A stretch of DNA of 64,000 nt from Octopus vulgaris (taxonomy: Eukaryota). Made by a program: the position numbers and the translations under genes. The notes under the pieces are model-generated. The model was not told where the DNA came from. It saw only the letters and a list, made by a program, of their open reading frames with translations, and did no database searches. The stretch covers positions 171,306,001 to 171,370,000 of the forward strand of contig OX597816.1 of assembly GCA_951406725.2 (NCBI GenBank), written 5' to 3'. Below are positions 52,051-63,465 of the stretch, in pieces (the first letter of the stretch is position 1; each line of letters begins with the position of its first letter).

Positions 52051-53108
52051 TATATATGCACATATATATATACACATATATACACATATATACATACATA
52101 TATACATACACATATACATATATACATACACATATACATATATACATACACATATACATATATACATACACATATACATATATACATACACATATACATA
52201 TATATATACACATATACATATATATATACACATATATATACACATATATATACACATATACATATATATATACACATATACATATATATATACACATATA
52301 TATATACACATATATATATATATACACACATGTATACATGTATACATATATATATACACATATATACATATATATATACCCATATATACATATATATATA
52401 CCCATATATACATATATATATATACACATATATACATATATATATACACATATATACATATATATATACACATATATACATATATATATACACATATATA
52501 CATATATATATACACATATATACATATATATATACACATATATACATATATATATACACATATATACATATATATATACACACACATATATACATATATA
52601 TATACACACACATATATACATATATATATACACACACATATATACATATATATACACACATATATACATATATATATATACACATGTACATATATATATA
52701 TACACATATACATATATATATACTCACATATACATATATATATACTCACATATACATATATATATATACACACATATACATATACACACTTATACATATA
52801 TATATACACACATATACATATATATATACATATATATACATATATATATATATATACATATATACACATGTGTATACATATATATACACATATATACATA
52901 CACATATACATATATATATACACATATACATAATAAATATTAGGGAATAAATCCAAATTTACAGGGAAAAAATCAGATTTAGGATTAAATCCAATTTTAT
53001 AGTAAAATATTATATAATATTAATTAGAGACAAAACCACTATTTTGCAAAACAAACAAGGAAAGACTTAATCAATACATAAAATTTTAATAAAAAGTTTA
53101 AAAAACCG

Positions 53109-53151
53109 CCACTACAATTGTTTCATGTCTTGAACGACAATCTTCAGGTGG
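53109..53151 (-). ncRNA. Minimal type I hammerhead ribozyme motif (Penelope-type)
   Basis: CCAC-CUGAAGA-UUGUC-GUUCAA-GACAU-GAAA-CAAUUG-UA-GUGG: stem I CCAC/GUGG, palindromic stem III ACAAUUGU, GUA triplet. Confidence 0.75.
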
Positions 53152-53370
53152 ATTTCAAATCAGTTTCAATTTATGAAACTGATTTGAAAATCGGAAATCC
53201 ATTACTGCTTCTAATATTTTTTAAACTATCTTAACACTGATTAATACAATTAATATATTATATATTATAGTCTATATTTTACATATCCGTATGTCATATA
53301 TTATACATATTATTAAACACTGGTATATGGATATATATTATTAAACACTGGTATATGGATATATACCATA

Positions 53371-53553
53371 GGCGCAGGAGTGGCTATAGGCACAGGAGTG
53401 GCTGTGTGGTAAGTAGCTTGTTTACCAACCACATGGTACCGGGTTCAGTCCCACTGCGTGGCACCTAGGGCAAGTGTCTTCTACTATAGCCTCGGGCCGA
53501 CCAAAGCCTTGTGAGTTGATTTGGTAGACGGAAACTGAAAGAAGCCCGTCGTA

Positions 53554-53594
<41 letters not shown>

Positions 53595-53811
53595 GTGTGT
53601 GTTTGTGTGTCTGTATTTGTCCCCCTAGCATTGCTTGACAACCCATGCTTGTGTGTTTACGTCCCCGTCACTTAGCGGTTCGGCAAAACAGACCGATAGA
53701 ATAAGTACTGGGCTTACAAAGAATAAGTCCCGGGGTCGAGTTACTTGATTAAAGGTGGTGCTCCAGCATGGCCGCAGTCAAATGACTGAAACAAGTAAAA
53801 GAGTAAAAGAG
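53371..53811 (+). mobile_element. Family B SINE with duplicated first ~18 nt
   Basis: Full head, CORE-like segment and tail. Confidence 0.92.
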
Positions 53812-54277
53812 GATGTATATATGTGTGTGTATATCTGCAATGTACACATGTATATATGTACATATATACACGTCTTTTTATCTTATTTTATAGATTTGTT
53901 CCTTTGAAATGCATCAGTATACAATATATATATATACATGAAATAATACTCTTCTCTTATATAGGAGATTTATATATCTATATATATATGAATTACTTCT
54001 CGTATTTTTAATGTACTTATTTTTTTAGCACCTATCACTTCATAATAATAAAAATACTTTTTCATATATTCACATTCACCATTATGTTATATATGAAAAT
54101 TATTTATAAAATATGATTTTTACCTCTTTTATGCATAACTAGATTCTCAATTCATATAGTAATTTTTTTAATATTTAACATAGTCAACATTAAAATATAG
54201 AAATGAGCAATTTTTCAAAAAAATCTTTCTTACAAATTTATCTTAGCCTTATCTCTCCAACATTGTTACCTTGTTAA

Positions 54278-54498
54278 CCCTTTAGTGTTCGCATTATTCT
54301 GCTAAAATTAATCCTTTTTCCTCCATACTGTTTTGAACTAATCATGCATTATCTTGTAGCTGTGAGATTTTGATGAGGTAGCAGTTCATTTTTAAAATGA
54401 TATTGTAGGGTTGGTGTGAGAGACCAGATCTGGTCAGTTTGAACATAAAACAGGCTGAATACTTTTGGCCGGATTTGGCCGGTTAAAATGCTAAGGGG
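54278..54498 (+). mobile_element. piggyBac-type MITE, family 2
   Basis: TTAA TSD; CCC...GGG ends. Confidence 0.9.
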
Positions 54499-54905
54499 TT
54501 AAACCTCTCAAAAACTCTTCTTTATCACAGTATGATCTTTTTCAATAATCTTAACCACAGCAAGTATTTTCTTTCTCAATTCTGTAACATTAACAACTAT
54601 TCTTCTATTTTTATTCCTTCTTCTTAGACTTACGGCACGCAAACGAATATAAGCTTTTCAACTAATAATAAATCTTTTCCCCCATTATATTAACCAAATA
54701 ATTACACCCTCTTTTTTTGTTTGAAATTCAAGTAACTCACAAAGAACTATATTAACAATTTGTATTTCTTAATCAAGGAATTTTTTAAAACAATTTCTTG
54801 TAATATACACCATACTTTATTTTTTATCATATACCACTCATAACTATCAAATCAAATATAAATTTAAATATAGCTATGCTGTCCCATTGGATGCTTATTT
54901 ATGTG

Positions 54906-55352
54906 TGTATGTATATACACATACAATACCAATATATTCCACTGAACTTTTTAATAATTCCTTCTGGAAACTATCTTTAACATTTTCTTGAGAATGTGTA
55001 TATATATGTTGTAATCCTTTGTGCCCAATATTTTAATGAACCTTTTAAACTTTTTTATGTTCTTAACATGTTCTTGTTACCAAAGAATGTATATATGTAC
55101 TGTAGTATTTTGTGACAACCAATATTCTGTGCATGTATGTATATACACATACAATACCAATATATTCCACTGAACTTTTTAATAATTCCTTCTGGAAACT
55201 ATCTTTAATATTTTCTTGAGAATGTGTATATATATGTTGTTATGTTTTGTGCCCAATATTTTAAATGAACTTGTTAAACTTTTTTATGACCTTAACATGT
55301 CCTTGTTACCAAAGACTGTATATATGTATTGTAGCATTTTGTGACAACCAAA
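54906..55352. repeat. Tandem duplication, ~228-bp unit x2
   Basis: 54906-55122 is repeated at 55134-55352 with scattered substitutions. Confidence 0.9.
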
Positions 55353-55364
55353 CTTTTACATGTT

Positions 55365-55405
55365 ACTTTTGACAATCTTTTTCTAAAAAGTGAAACCGGT
55401 AAAGT
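55365..55405 (+). ncRNA. Decayed minimal hammerhead motif
   Basis: ACUU-uUGACaA-U-CUUUUU-CU-AAAAAG-U-GAAA-CCGG-UA-AAGU: stems intact, two core substitutions. Confidence 0.55.
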
Positions 55406-55751
55406 AAATAAACATCTTTTAGAATTGCATTTTCAAACCTTCTTTCATATATAATTCCACTCATGCGGTACCTTACAACTCCACTTTGTTATATATATAT
55501 GTTATATATTTTACTTCCTATGATAAATGCTTTATATGGAATGAATATCACTTAATTACTTATCTTCATAAAGAAAGAATGTTTCTTAAACATTTTTCAC
55601 CTATATATTCAAACAACCATTAGCCACATCAGTTATAGTTCATACACAACTAGACTCAACACTATTTTAGCATGCTTTTATCTTTCATAATCATATTATG
55701 TATATCTAGTCTTCTGCAACAGTCTAACATTCTTCTCATGTAATCTTTTTT

Positions 55752-55852
55752 CGCACTGAGGAGAACAGTAATATGTAATTAATTTAATTATTATTAAATT
55801 AACTTTTACGTTATTCACATGTTAATATTACCATTCGAAACGATCATCTACA
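55752..55852 (+). ncRNA. Decayed hammerhead motif with long stem II
   Basis: CGCA-CUGAGGA-GAACAGUAAUAU...AUAUUACCAUUC-GAAA-CGAUCaUC-UaCa; three G>A changes from an ideal CGAUCGUC-UGCG. Confidence 0.55.
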
Positions 55853-55928
55853 TGGATTAAATTTTTTTTTAAACTTATAACACCTTCTCTTCACCATCTT
55901 TAATAGTTTGTTGAATGTCTATAGGATA

Positions 55929-56507
55929 CATCATCATCATCATTTAATGTCCGTTTTTCATGCTGGCATGGGTTGGACAGTTCGACTGGGGGTCTGGAAA
56001 GCCAGGAGTCTGCACCAGGCTTCAGTCTGATCTGTCAGTGTTTCTACAGCTAGATGCCCTTCTTAACGCAAACCACCCTGAGAGTGTAGTGGGTGCTTTT
56101 TACATGCCACCAGCAGAGGGTCCAGGGGAGGCTGGCACTGACCACGGTTGGATGGTGCTTTTACATGCCACCAGCACGGGAGCCAGAGGGGGCTGGCATC
56201 AACCACATTTGGTGCTTTTACATGCCACCGGCACGGGAGCCAGAGGGAGCTGGCGTCAACCACATTTGGATGGTGCTTTTATGTAACACTGGCACAGGAG
56301 CCAGTCAAGGCAGCGCAGGCATCAGCCACATTTGGATGGTACTTTTTACGTGTCACCGGCACAGGAGCCAATGGGCACAAGGGGGCTGGCATCGACCACA
56401 TTTGGATGGTGCTTTTTATGTGCCACCAGCACAGGGAACCAGACAGGCAGCGCTGGCATCAGCCACAACTCAATTTTCCATTTGATTGTGGTGTGATTTG
56501 ATTTTGA
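55929..56507 (-). mobile_element. RTE 3'-UTR-only copy (family C) with expanded internal tandem units
   Basis: About six ~60-bp units ggtgcttttacatgccacc.gcac... Confidence 0.85.
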
Positions 56508-57035
56508 TGTTCTATAAATGCTCATAACACACTTTATACTTGTAACATTTTTATATTCGAAAAATACTTACAACAGTAAGCTACCAATGTAATATGAAGA
56601 ATCTTTATTAGAAATTGACCTTTGGAACCCACCAAAGTAAACGATGATATAGAACTCATTTTCTCACCTATATAAGTTATTAATAGGGGATTATCAATCT
56701 GGACAAAATATTTCTTAAGGTCTCTGCTGATCAAAATGCACCAAGATAACAAAAGGTTTTGTCATTGGTATTAAACACTTGATGAGCTGCACTCCAGAGA
56801 TGACAGCATTTTTATTGGTGGTTCACTATTTTCAAATTATCAATAGATCGATTGGGTAAAGTGAATCATAAATGCACACAAAATGCATATCAGAAATAGC
56901 TGTAAGTCCCAAATAAATAAATGTATAATGCCCATTATTTATACCTTTTATTGTATGTGTGTGTGTCTGAATATATGTACCTCTGAGTGTGTATATGTGT
57001 GTGTGCATGTATGTGTGTGTGTGTGTGTGTGTGTG

Positions 57036-57078
<43 letters not shown>

Positions 57079-58071
57079 TATAAATATAACATTTGTGTAT
57101 GTGTGTGTTTGTGTACACATACAACTTATAGACAAGTATGATCATCACTGGGACGCAAAATTCTTATGCAAAATTTCAGGTCCAATAAGGCTTGCACAAT
57201 ACCTCACAGACATTCTCCACCCTATTGACATGAGCCAGAGACAAGCCCAAACAAGATATCTAATGCTAGTATGGATTGCAGGTTCAGGAATATGGGAGCG
57301 CCATGATCTCAAGTGCAAACAAAAGATTCCCAAAATGTCCAATGCTATTCCCTACATATCCAGTTTTATATCAAAGTGACCCACAGCCATGCTTTAATGA
57401 AAGCTGGGGTGCCTCACTCTGAGCGGTCATCCAGCATACTGGAACCCCCGAGAGCCCATGCTATCATTAAATAAGTCATTGAACCAACACTGGGTTCATC
57501 CATTCTTTTGACAAGTCTTTTTAGTCCTGCTGGGTTTCTAGCAACCCTCCTCACCAGCCTAGCCTGTTGGGGGTGCCAATTTACTCACCAATGATCTGAC
57601 CGTGCAACAGGTTGTACTGGATTTCATGTTACCAGTAGCTCTCATGTGAATGCTACTCATGAGAGTATGTATGTATATATCTCAGGCCAGTTTCCAAAGA
57701 TTAGTACACAATATGTAGAATATTGTCACTTCATAATCTGTAAGGCTCAAGTGAGGCCCACAAGTTAGTACTGATCCCACAACTGGGACACTGCTATATG
57801 CACTGACATCCCAGACTGCATCCGGGGAAGAGTGTTGAGCTGACTAGCATTCAAACACTGATGGACATATTAACAAAATTCATCATCATTTATCATCACT
57901 TCATATCCACTTCCAATAAATGGATGGTTTGAGTAATTTGAAAGGATCCAACAAACTGCAGAACTGCAACATGCTCCAATGTCTCAGTTTTGACATGATT
58001 TCTATGGCTGGATGCCCTTCCTAACACAAACCAGTTTACAGACTATTCTGAGTTCATGCACCGTGGTTAAG

Positions 58072-58557
58072 CGAACCATCCGATCGTGGCCGTTGCCAGC
58101 GCCGCCCCGACTGGCCTCCGTGCCGGTGGCACGTAAAAGCACCATTCGTTCGTGTCCATTGCCAGCCTCGCCTGGCCCCCGTGCCGGTGGCACGTAGCAC
58201 CATCCGTTCGTGGCTGTCGCCAGCCTCGCCTGGCCCCCCGTGCCGGTGGCACGTAGCACCATCCGTTCGTGGCTGTTGCCAGCCTCGCCTGCCCCCCCCC
58301 CCTGCCGGTGGCTCGTAAAAAGCACCATCCAACAGTGGCCGTTTGCCAGCTCCGTCAGGCACCTGTGCGGGTGGCACGTAAAAAGCACCCACTACACTCA
58401 CGGAGTGGTTGGCGTTAGGAAGGGCATCCAGCCGTAGAAACACTGCCAGATCAGACTGGGCCTGATGCAGCCTTCTGGCTTCACAGACCCCAGTTGAACC
58501 GTCCAACCCATGCTAGCATGGAAAGCAGACGCTAAATGATGATGATGATGATGATGA
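58072..58557 (+). mobile_element. RTE 3'-UTR-only copy (family C)
   Basis: Five gtgccggtggcacgta(aaaa)gcacc units; (GAT)n tail. Confidence 0.9.
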
Positions 58558-59680
58558 TATATATATATATTGTGTAGAACTATCTAAGGTTCTATGCAAT
58601 GTGATTGAACCATGAATCAAATGGTTGCAAAGTAAGCTTTTAATAACTTGTAACATGAGTGACTGTGAAATGTAACAATAATAATTACTCATTGACTTTT
58701 AATAACTAGAATAATAATTATGGCCAATTAAATATTCTAATATTAATATTTCTATCATATTCTGATATTAATATTTCTATTATATTCTAATATTAATATT
58801 TCTATTATATTCTAAAAAAGAAAATTTGACAAGTATGAGACATTTTGAAGTAAGACGAAAGAATGTATCCAACATACCAATAAATCTGAATGGATTGCTG
58901 AGACATGAGTTATCATCTAATTACAACACACATGGAAAATCACAAACATTTGTAGGATTAGTAGAATATGGTAAAGTCCTGACTGATTATAGCTAGTTAG
59001 ACAAAAGAGGTTTATATATTAAATATATATTTCATGGTTAGTGAGATATCTTAAAACAGTCAAATACACTTGACTGACTCAGCCATATATAGCTAAAATC
59101 AAAATTATCTTTACCAAACTCAACTGAAGAGAGAAATATGACTAATTGCAGGTAAGAGGAGCACATACAGTCGTGTTTCCAAAAGTGCTGTAGATTCTGA
59201 TCTCAACTAATAGGATATTTCTACAAAGGTATGGTTATCATGATAGATGTGGGTGTGCAAATATAGAGGGCATTAAACACCTAATCAAAAAAACTGATTA
59301 GTACCTTATCACTATCTGGAGCCAAAGCCTGAAATAAGAAATAAATGGTTTAGTCCAATACAAGAATGTGCTTAAGAATGTACAACAGGGGGAACAGCTT
59401 GACTGCAAAACTGAAAATATTTTGTTAGCTCACTACAGTAAAATTGAACTCCCGTGAGATTAGGCTAAATGTATTATTGTTGTTGTTGAGTTCACCAATA
59501 TCATCAAGATTCAAGAGTAGACTATAAAAAATACAAATATATATTTTTAAAAAAATAGAAAAAAAAAAGCTTTTATGACAAGCCATCTTAATTACCCTAC
59601 CACCATAACAAATCACTTTGACCTATTACAGTTATGATACAGTTAGCATAACAGATGACTCTACATAAGTTTCACCTTAA

Positions 59681-59901
59681 CCCTTTAGTGTTCACATTAT
59701 TCTGCCAAAACTAATGCTTATTTATTCATATTGTTTTGAATTAATCATTCATTATCTTGTAGCTATGAGATTTTGATGAGGTAGCTGTTAATTTTTAAAA
59801 TGATATTGTAGGGTTGGTTTAAGAGACCAGATATGGCCAGTTTGAACATAAAACAAGCAGAATACTTTTGGCCGGATATGGCCGGTTTAAATGATAATGG
59901 G
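59681..59901 (+). mobile_element. piggyBac-type MITE, family 2
   Basis: TTAA TSD; CCC...GGG ends. Confidence 0.9.
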
Positions 59902-60336
59902 TTAAATGTTGACAAGTCACATTATGAGTAAAAATCCCAGTTAGATATAATTTAACTTTATTAAGGAAAGAATTTATGACAAAACAACTATAGTCAGTAT
60001 GATGCATAAAAAAGACTTCAAGAACCCAAGCAGTTCTTTGTGCTTTCTTTTTCCCCTTTATTTTTCTATTAACATTATATGTAGATGTAGCCTGTTTTAA
60101 ATTTACCATACTTCCTTGCTCATAAGATGCTACAAGTGATGAAATACACCCTACAACTAGGAAGGTATATTTTGGAAGAAGGGTTTTTCAGTTTTCAATG
60201 ATTTATGACCATATTATCAAAGATTTATTTTGTAAAAATATTTAATTTAGAATAAAATAATTGTGTATTAACAAAATTTAATACATCACAACTAGCTATG
60301 AACACTACAGACTTTTCACAAAGCTTGACTACATTA

Positions 60337-60719
60337 GATGGTGGATGGAAGCACTCCGTCGGTTACGACGACGACGAGGGTTCCGGTTGATCCGAATCAA
60401 CAGAACAGCCTGCTTGTGAAATTAACGTGTAAGTGGCTGAGCACTCCACAGACACGCATACCCTTAACGTAGTTCTCGGGGATATTCAGCGTGACACAGA
60501 GAGTGACAAGGCCGGCCCTTTGAAATACAGGTACAACAGAAACAGGAAGTAAGAGTGAGAGAAAGTTGTGGTGAAAGAGTACAGCAGGGATCACCACCAT
60601 CCCCTGCCGGAGCCTCGTGGAGCTTTAGGTGGTTTCGCTCAATAAACACTCACAATGCTCGGTCTGGGGATCGAAACCGCGAGTCCGCTGCCCTAACCAC
60701 TGGGCCATTGCACCTCCAC
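60337..60719 (-). mobile_element. Family E SINE with 13-bp TSD
   Basis: TSD cttgactacatta at 60324-60336 and 60720-60732; matches 32376-32746. Confidence 0.92.
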
Positions 60720-60842
60720 CTTGACTACATTACAGCTACTTACACAGACATTTCAAAGATATTACCAAGTCTCAACTATATACTGTAGAGATCGGTCTGC
60801 ACTCACTACCCTGTGAGACAGAAACAGCCAATAAAAAAGAAA

Positions 60843-61113
60843 TTATTTACATTATTTACATTTGACGGATATTTGTCCTCATGTTGTTTGTTGTTAACAC
60901 AACGTTTCGGCTGATATACCCTCCAGCCTTCATCAGGTGTCTTGGGGAAATTTCTAATCTGGGTTCTCATTCCTAAGGTATTTTTCGATGTTATTCTTAT
61001 TATTATTCAGGTCACTGCTTGGAATCGAACTCGAAATCTTGGGGTCAGTAGCCCATGCTCTTAACCACTACGCCAACAAACAAGATGAGGACAAATATCT
61101 GTCAAATGTAAAT
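60843..61113 (-). mobile_element. tRNA-headed short element carrying a hammerhead ribozyme, with inverted copy of its 3' end
   Basis: A-box-like GGCGTAGTGGTTAAG (61074-61060); B box GAGTTCGATTCC (61032-61021); hammerhead at 60940-60897; 60854-60893 inverted at 61074-61113. Confidence 0.75.
60897..60940 (-). ncRNA. Minimal type I hammerhead ribozyme, core intact
   Basis: ACAC-CUGAUGA-A-GGCUG-GAGGGUAUAU-CAGCC-GAAA-CG-UU-GUGU: stem I ACAC/GUGU, stem II GGCUG/CAGCC, palindromic AACGUU stem III, GUU triplet. Confidence 0.85.
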
Positions 61114-61380
61114 GTACATAATCCCTCATCTCTTAATTTCTCATCTCTCTAAGACTAATCTTTAATTCAGAATAAGCTTTTCTGAGAGTGCCACAGATAG
61201 TTGAAGACTCCACAATCAGTTTAATGTCTATTAAATTCTATCTGATAATATCTTAATATTAACACAGTAAACAATTGCAGCAATAATCTGCACTATTATT
61301 ACAAGCATCAACTGTTTCTGAGCCATCACTATCTTCACAGTGAAATTCATCTTCAGAACCAATCATTGCATTAAAGCAAT

Positions 61381-61610
61381 GCTGCGAGCTGGCAGAAACA
61401 TTAGCACGCCAGGCAAAATGCTTAGCAGTATTTTGTTTGCCGTTACATTCTGAGTTCAAATTCCGTTGAGGTCGACCTTGTCTTTCCTCCTTTCAGGGTC
61501 GATAAATTAAGTACCAGTTATGCACTGGGGTCGATGTAATCAACTTAATCCCTTTGTCTGTCTTTGTTTGTCCCCTCTATGTTTAGCCCCTTGTGGGCAA
61601 TAAAGAAATA
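61381..61610 (+). mobile_element. Family A SINE with 20-bp TSD
   Basis: TSD agaaccaatcattgcattaa at 61355-61374 and 61611-61630. Confidence 0.92.
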
Positions 61611-62482
61611 AGAACCAATCATTGCATTAATGATTCCACATTTTTTAAATGCATTTGCTACTATTTCTACTCTTACAACAGCTGTCAATCTGTGGAATAG
61701 TATATTGCTCCAGTAATTCTGTAGGGGTTACTAAATTCACAGCTATCATTTACTTGTTCCCCTCTTACATAAATATTACGGTGACTTGTTAAATGAATTG
61801 CGAAGTGGTTATAACAGAAATGCTTGCCTTGGACATTATCATCTTTGATGAGATTGTAGACCACACACCACATTCATGGACTATCTATATTTTTACGACA
61901 GCCCCCACTTCCCTCCCACTTATGTAAATTTTGTTTCTTTATGAAGTTCACATTCTTCATCCTTGTTTTCATTAATGCTTCTCCTTTCACAAATTATATT
62001 TTTGTTCCAGTTGTTCATAGTTACTCAATTGCCATATTGTTTGGCATAGTCAACAACTTATTGTTTATAACTAATTATTATGTGTATCTGTCTTCTCTTA
62101 GTTGCAATTATGTTGTAAAATCAAAGATTGCCAGAGAAATAACTAAGCTGACAGATAACAGATAGTACTTAGCTTAATGGCACTTCTGCCGACCTACAAA
62201 TGGCATGAGAGGTACAGTTGATTCACCACAAAACGAACAAAATAAATGATTTTCTGTTAGCAGAACCAGTAGACCCTTGTAAATTTCAAACTAGTTACCA
62301 TCAATAAATCATCAAAAACTAATAAGTATGGTAATATACAGGGATATACCTATTACATGTCAGTTGTATTTGTAGGCTTTTATTACGAGATTACAATTCT
62401 ACTAAGGACTGGACCCAGATATTGAAGTATTACCTGACCCTTCTGTGATAAAACCTAGGGTGATTTCTACTTTTTTTTCTGA

Positions 62483-62585
62483 AGGGTAGGGGTGGGGGTA
62501 GGGTGGGAGTAGGGAGTAGGGGTGGGGTGGGGTGGGGTGGGGTAGGGTGGGGTGGGTGGGGTGGGTGGGTAAGGTAGGGGTGAGG
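62483..62585 (+). other. G-rich (GGGGT/GGGT)n tract, potential G-quadruplex
   Basis: More than 15 G3-G5 runs separated by 1-4 nt loops. Confidence 0.8.
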
Positions 62586-63099
62586 ATGGAATCTCTTTTT
62601 TTCCTGTGTACAAAAATGTCTTATGAATCAGGAAATATGGTATTCAGAAACTTGACTATTATTGAATAAGTACCTAGATTCATTTAATTAATATGTCATA
62701 ATGTGAATTTAATACCATCACATTAGAACTTCATTATTGTCGATTAGCATGCCATAATAGTTTGACAAAAATATAATCAGCATTAACGAAAGATCTGCAC
62801 CAATTATAAGTAACAGTGAAGTATATTCTGGACAGATTATGACATAATCACTGAAATATAAAAGACATCATAAGAAAACTAAAATCACAAGAATCAGTGG
62901 AAAAATATGAAATAAAGAAATACAATAAAGAAATAAATAAAATCACCTAAATGAATTTAAATTACAACTACTACAAACATCTGAAACACTTATAGCAAGC
63001 AGCAGACTGTCTCAGAAACAGACACAGCTTGGCATGCATAAAATTTATGACAATCAGGATAGCATTATTATCTCACAACATAGCACATGAACAGGGGTG

Positions 63100-63465
63100 C
63101 TTCTAACATTTGGTTGAGGTTTTATTACAAGCAACTGAAAATTTATGTAAGAGCTCTCAAGATCACTTCAATCACATCAACACTCTCTCATTCTCCTTCA
63201 TCCAGTTTTTACTCTACAGCAGCAATTAGTCATAATGATATCTTTTATGGTGGATCAATCAGGATGCAGGCGGTCCAAAGCACCTAGTTTTTTAACTTCA
63301 AGTAAAAGGGAAACTTCACTAAGGTACCAACAAGCTAACAAAGAATTCTCCAACATACCTTTAATTCCAGCAACTAGAAGAAGATTGAAAACAAAACTCT
63401 TAGTGTTTTCAACAAGTGTTAGAATAGTGCAAGTGCACAGTATTATGTTACAGACCTGGAACTAA
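63100..63465 (+). mobile_element. Possible very old RTE/RTE-X C-terminal remnant
   Basis: Weak remnants FLLYSS, GSIRMQAVQ, NKEFSNIP..RRRL resembling LLYG..TRMLRA..N.ELY..RRL. Confidence 0.35.

Larger units (their letters stand above)
44495..52932. repeat. ~8.4 kb (AT/AC) microsatellite/minisatellite block with a 28-bp higher-order unit and a triplicated ~1.9-2.0 kb unit
   Basis: Unit acatatatatatacatatacacacatat is repeated (e.g. 46081-46500). Unique islands recur at 45303, 47207 and 49214 (periods 1904 and 2007 bp). Confidence 0.92.

Noticed and set aside
44215-52956. Very long Y/I/H/T/C/V/M-rich ORFs (up to 632 aa) on both strands
   Set aside because: Alternating purine-pyrimidine microsatellites contain no stop codons, so they are open in all frames; not genes. 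The same applies to 10546-11348, 36836-37493, 40143-41503 and 56832-57148.
56087-56460. CRISPR-like repeat/spacer pattern in family C copies
   Set aside because: The spacers are homologous to each other, the array lies in a LINE 3' UTR in eukaryotic DNA, and there are no cas genes.
58098-58145. Pistol or twister ribozyme identity for the family C hairpin-A-rich module
   Set aside because: Superficially like pistol P1 plus its A-rich linker, but I see no P2/P3 helices or conserved catalytic positions.
61685-61873. Possible upstream exon on the minus strand
   Set aside because: Weak splice signals and no recognisable motif; more likely decayed transposon or intronic sequence.
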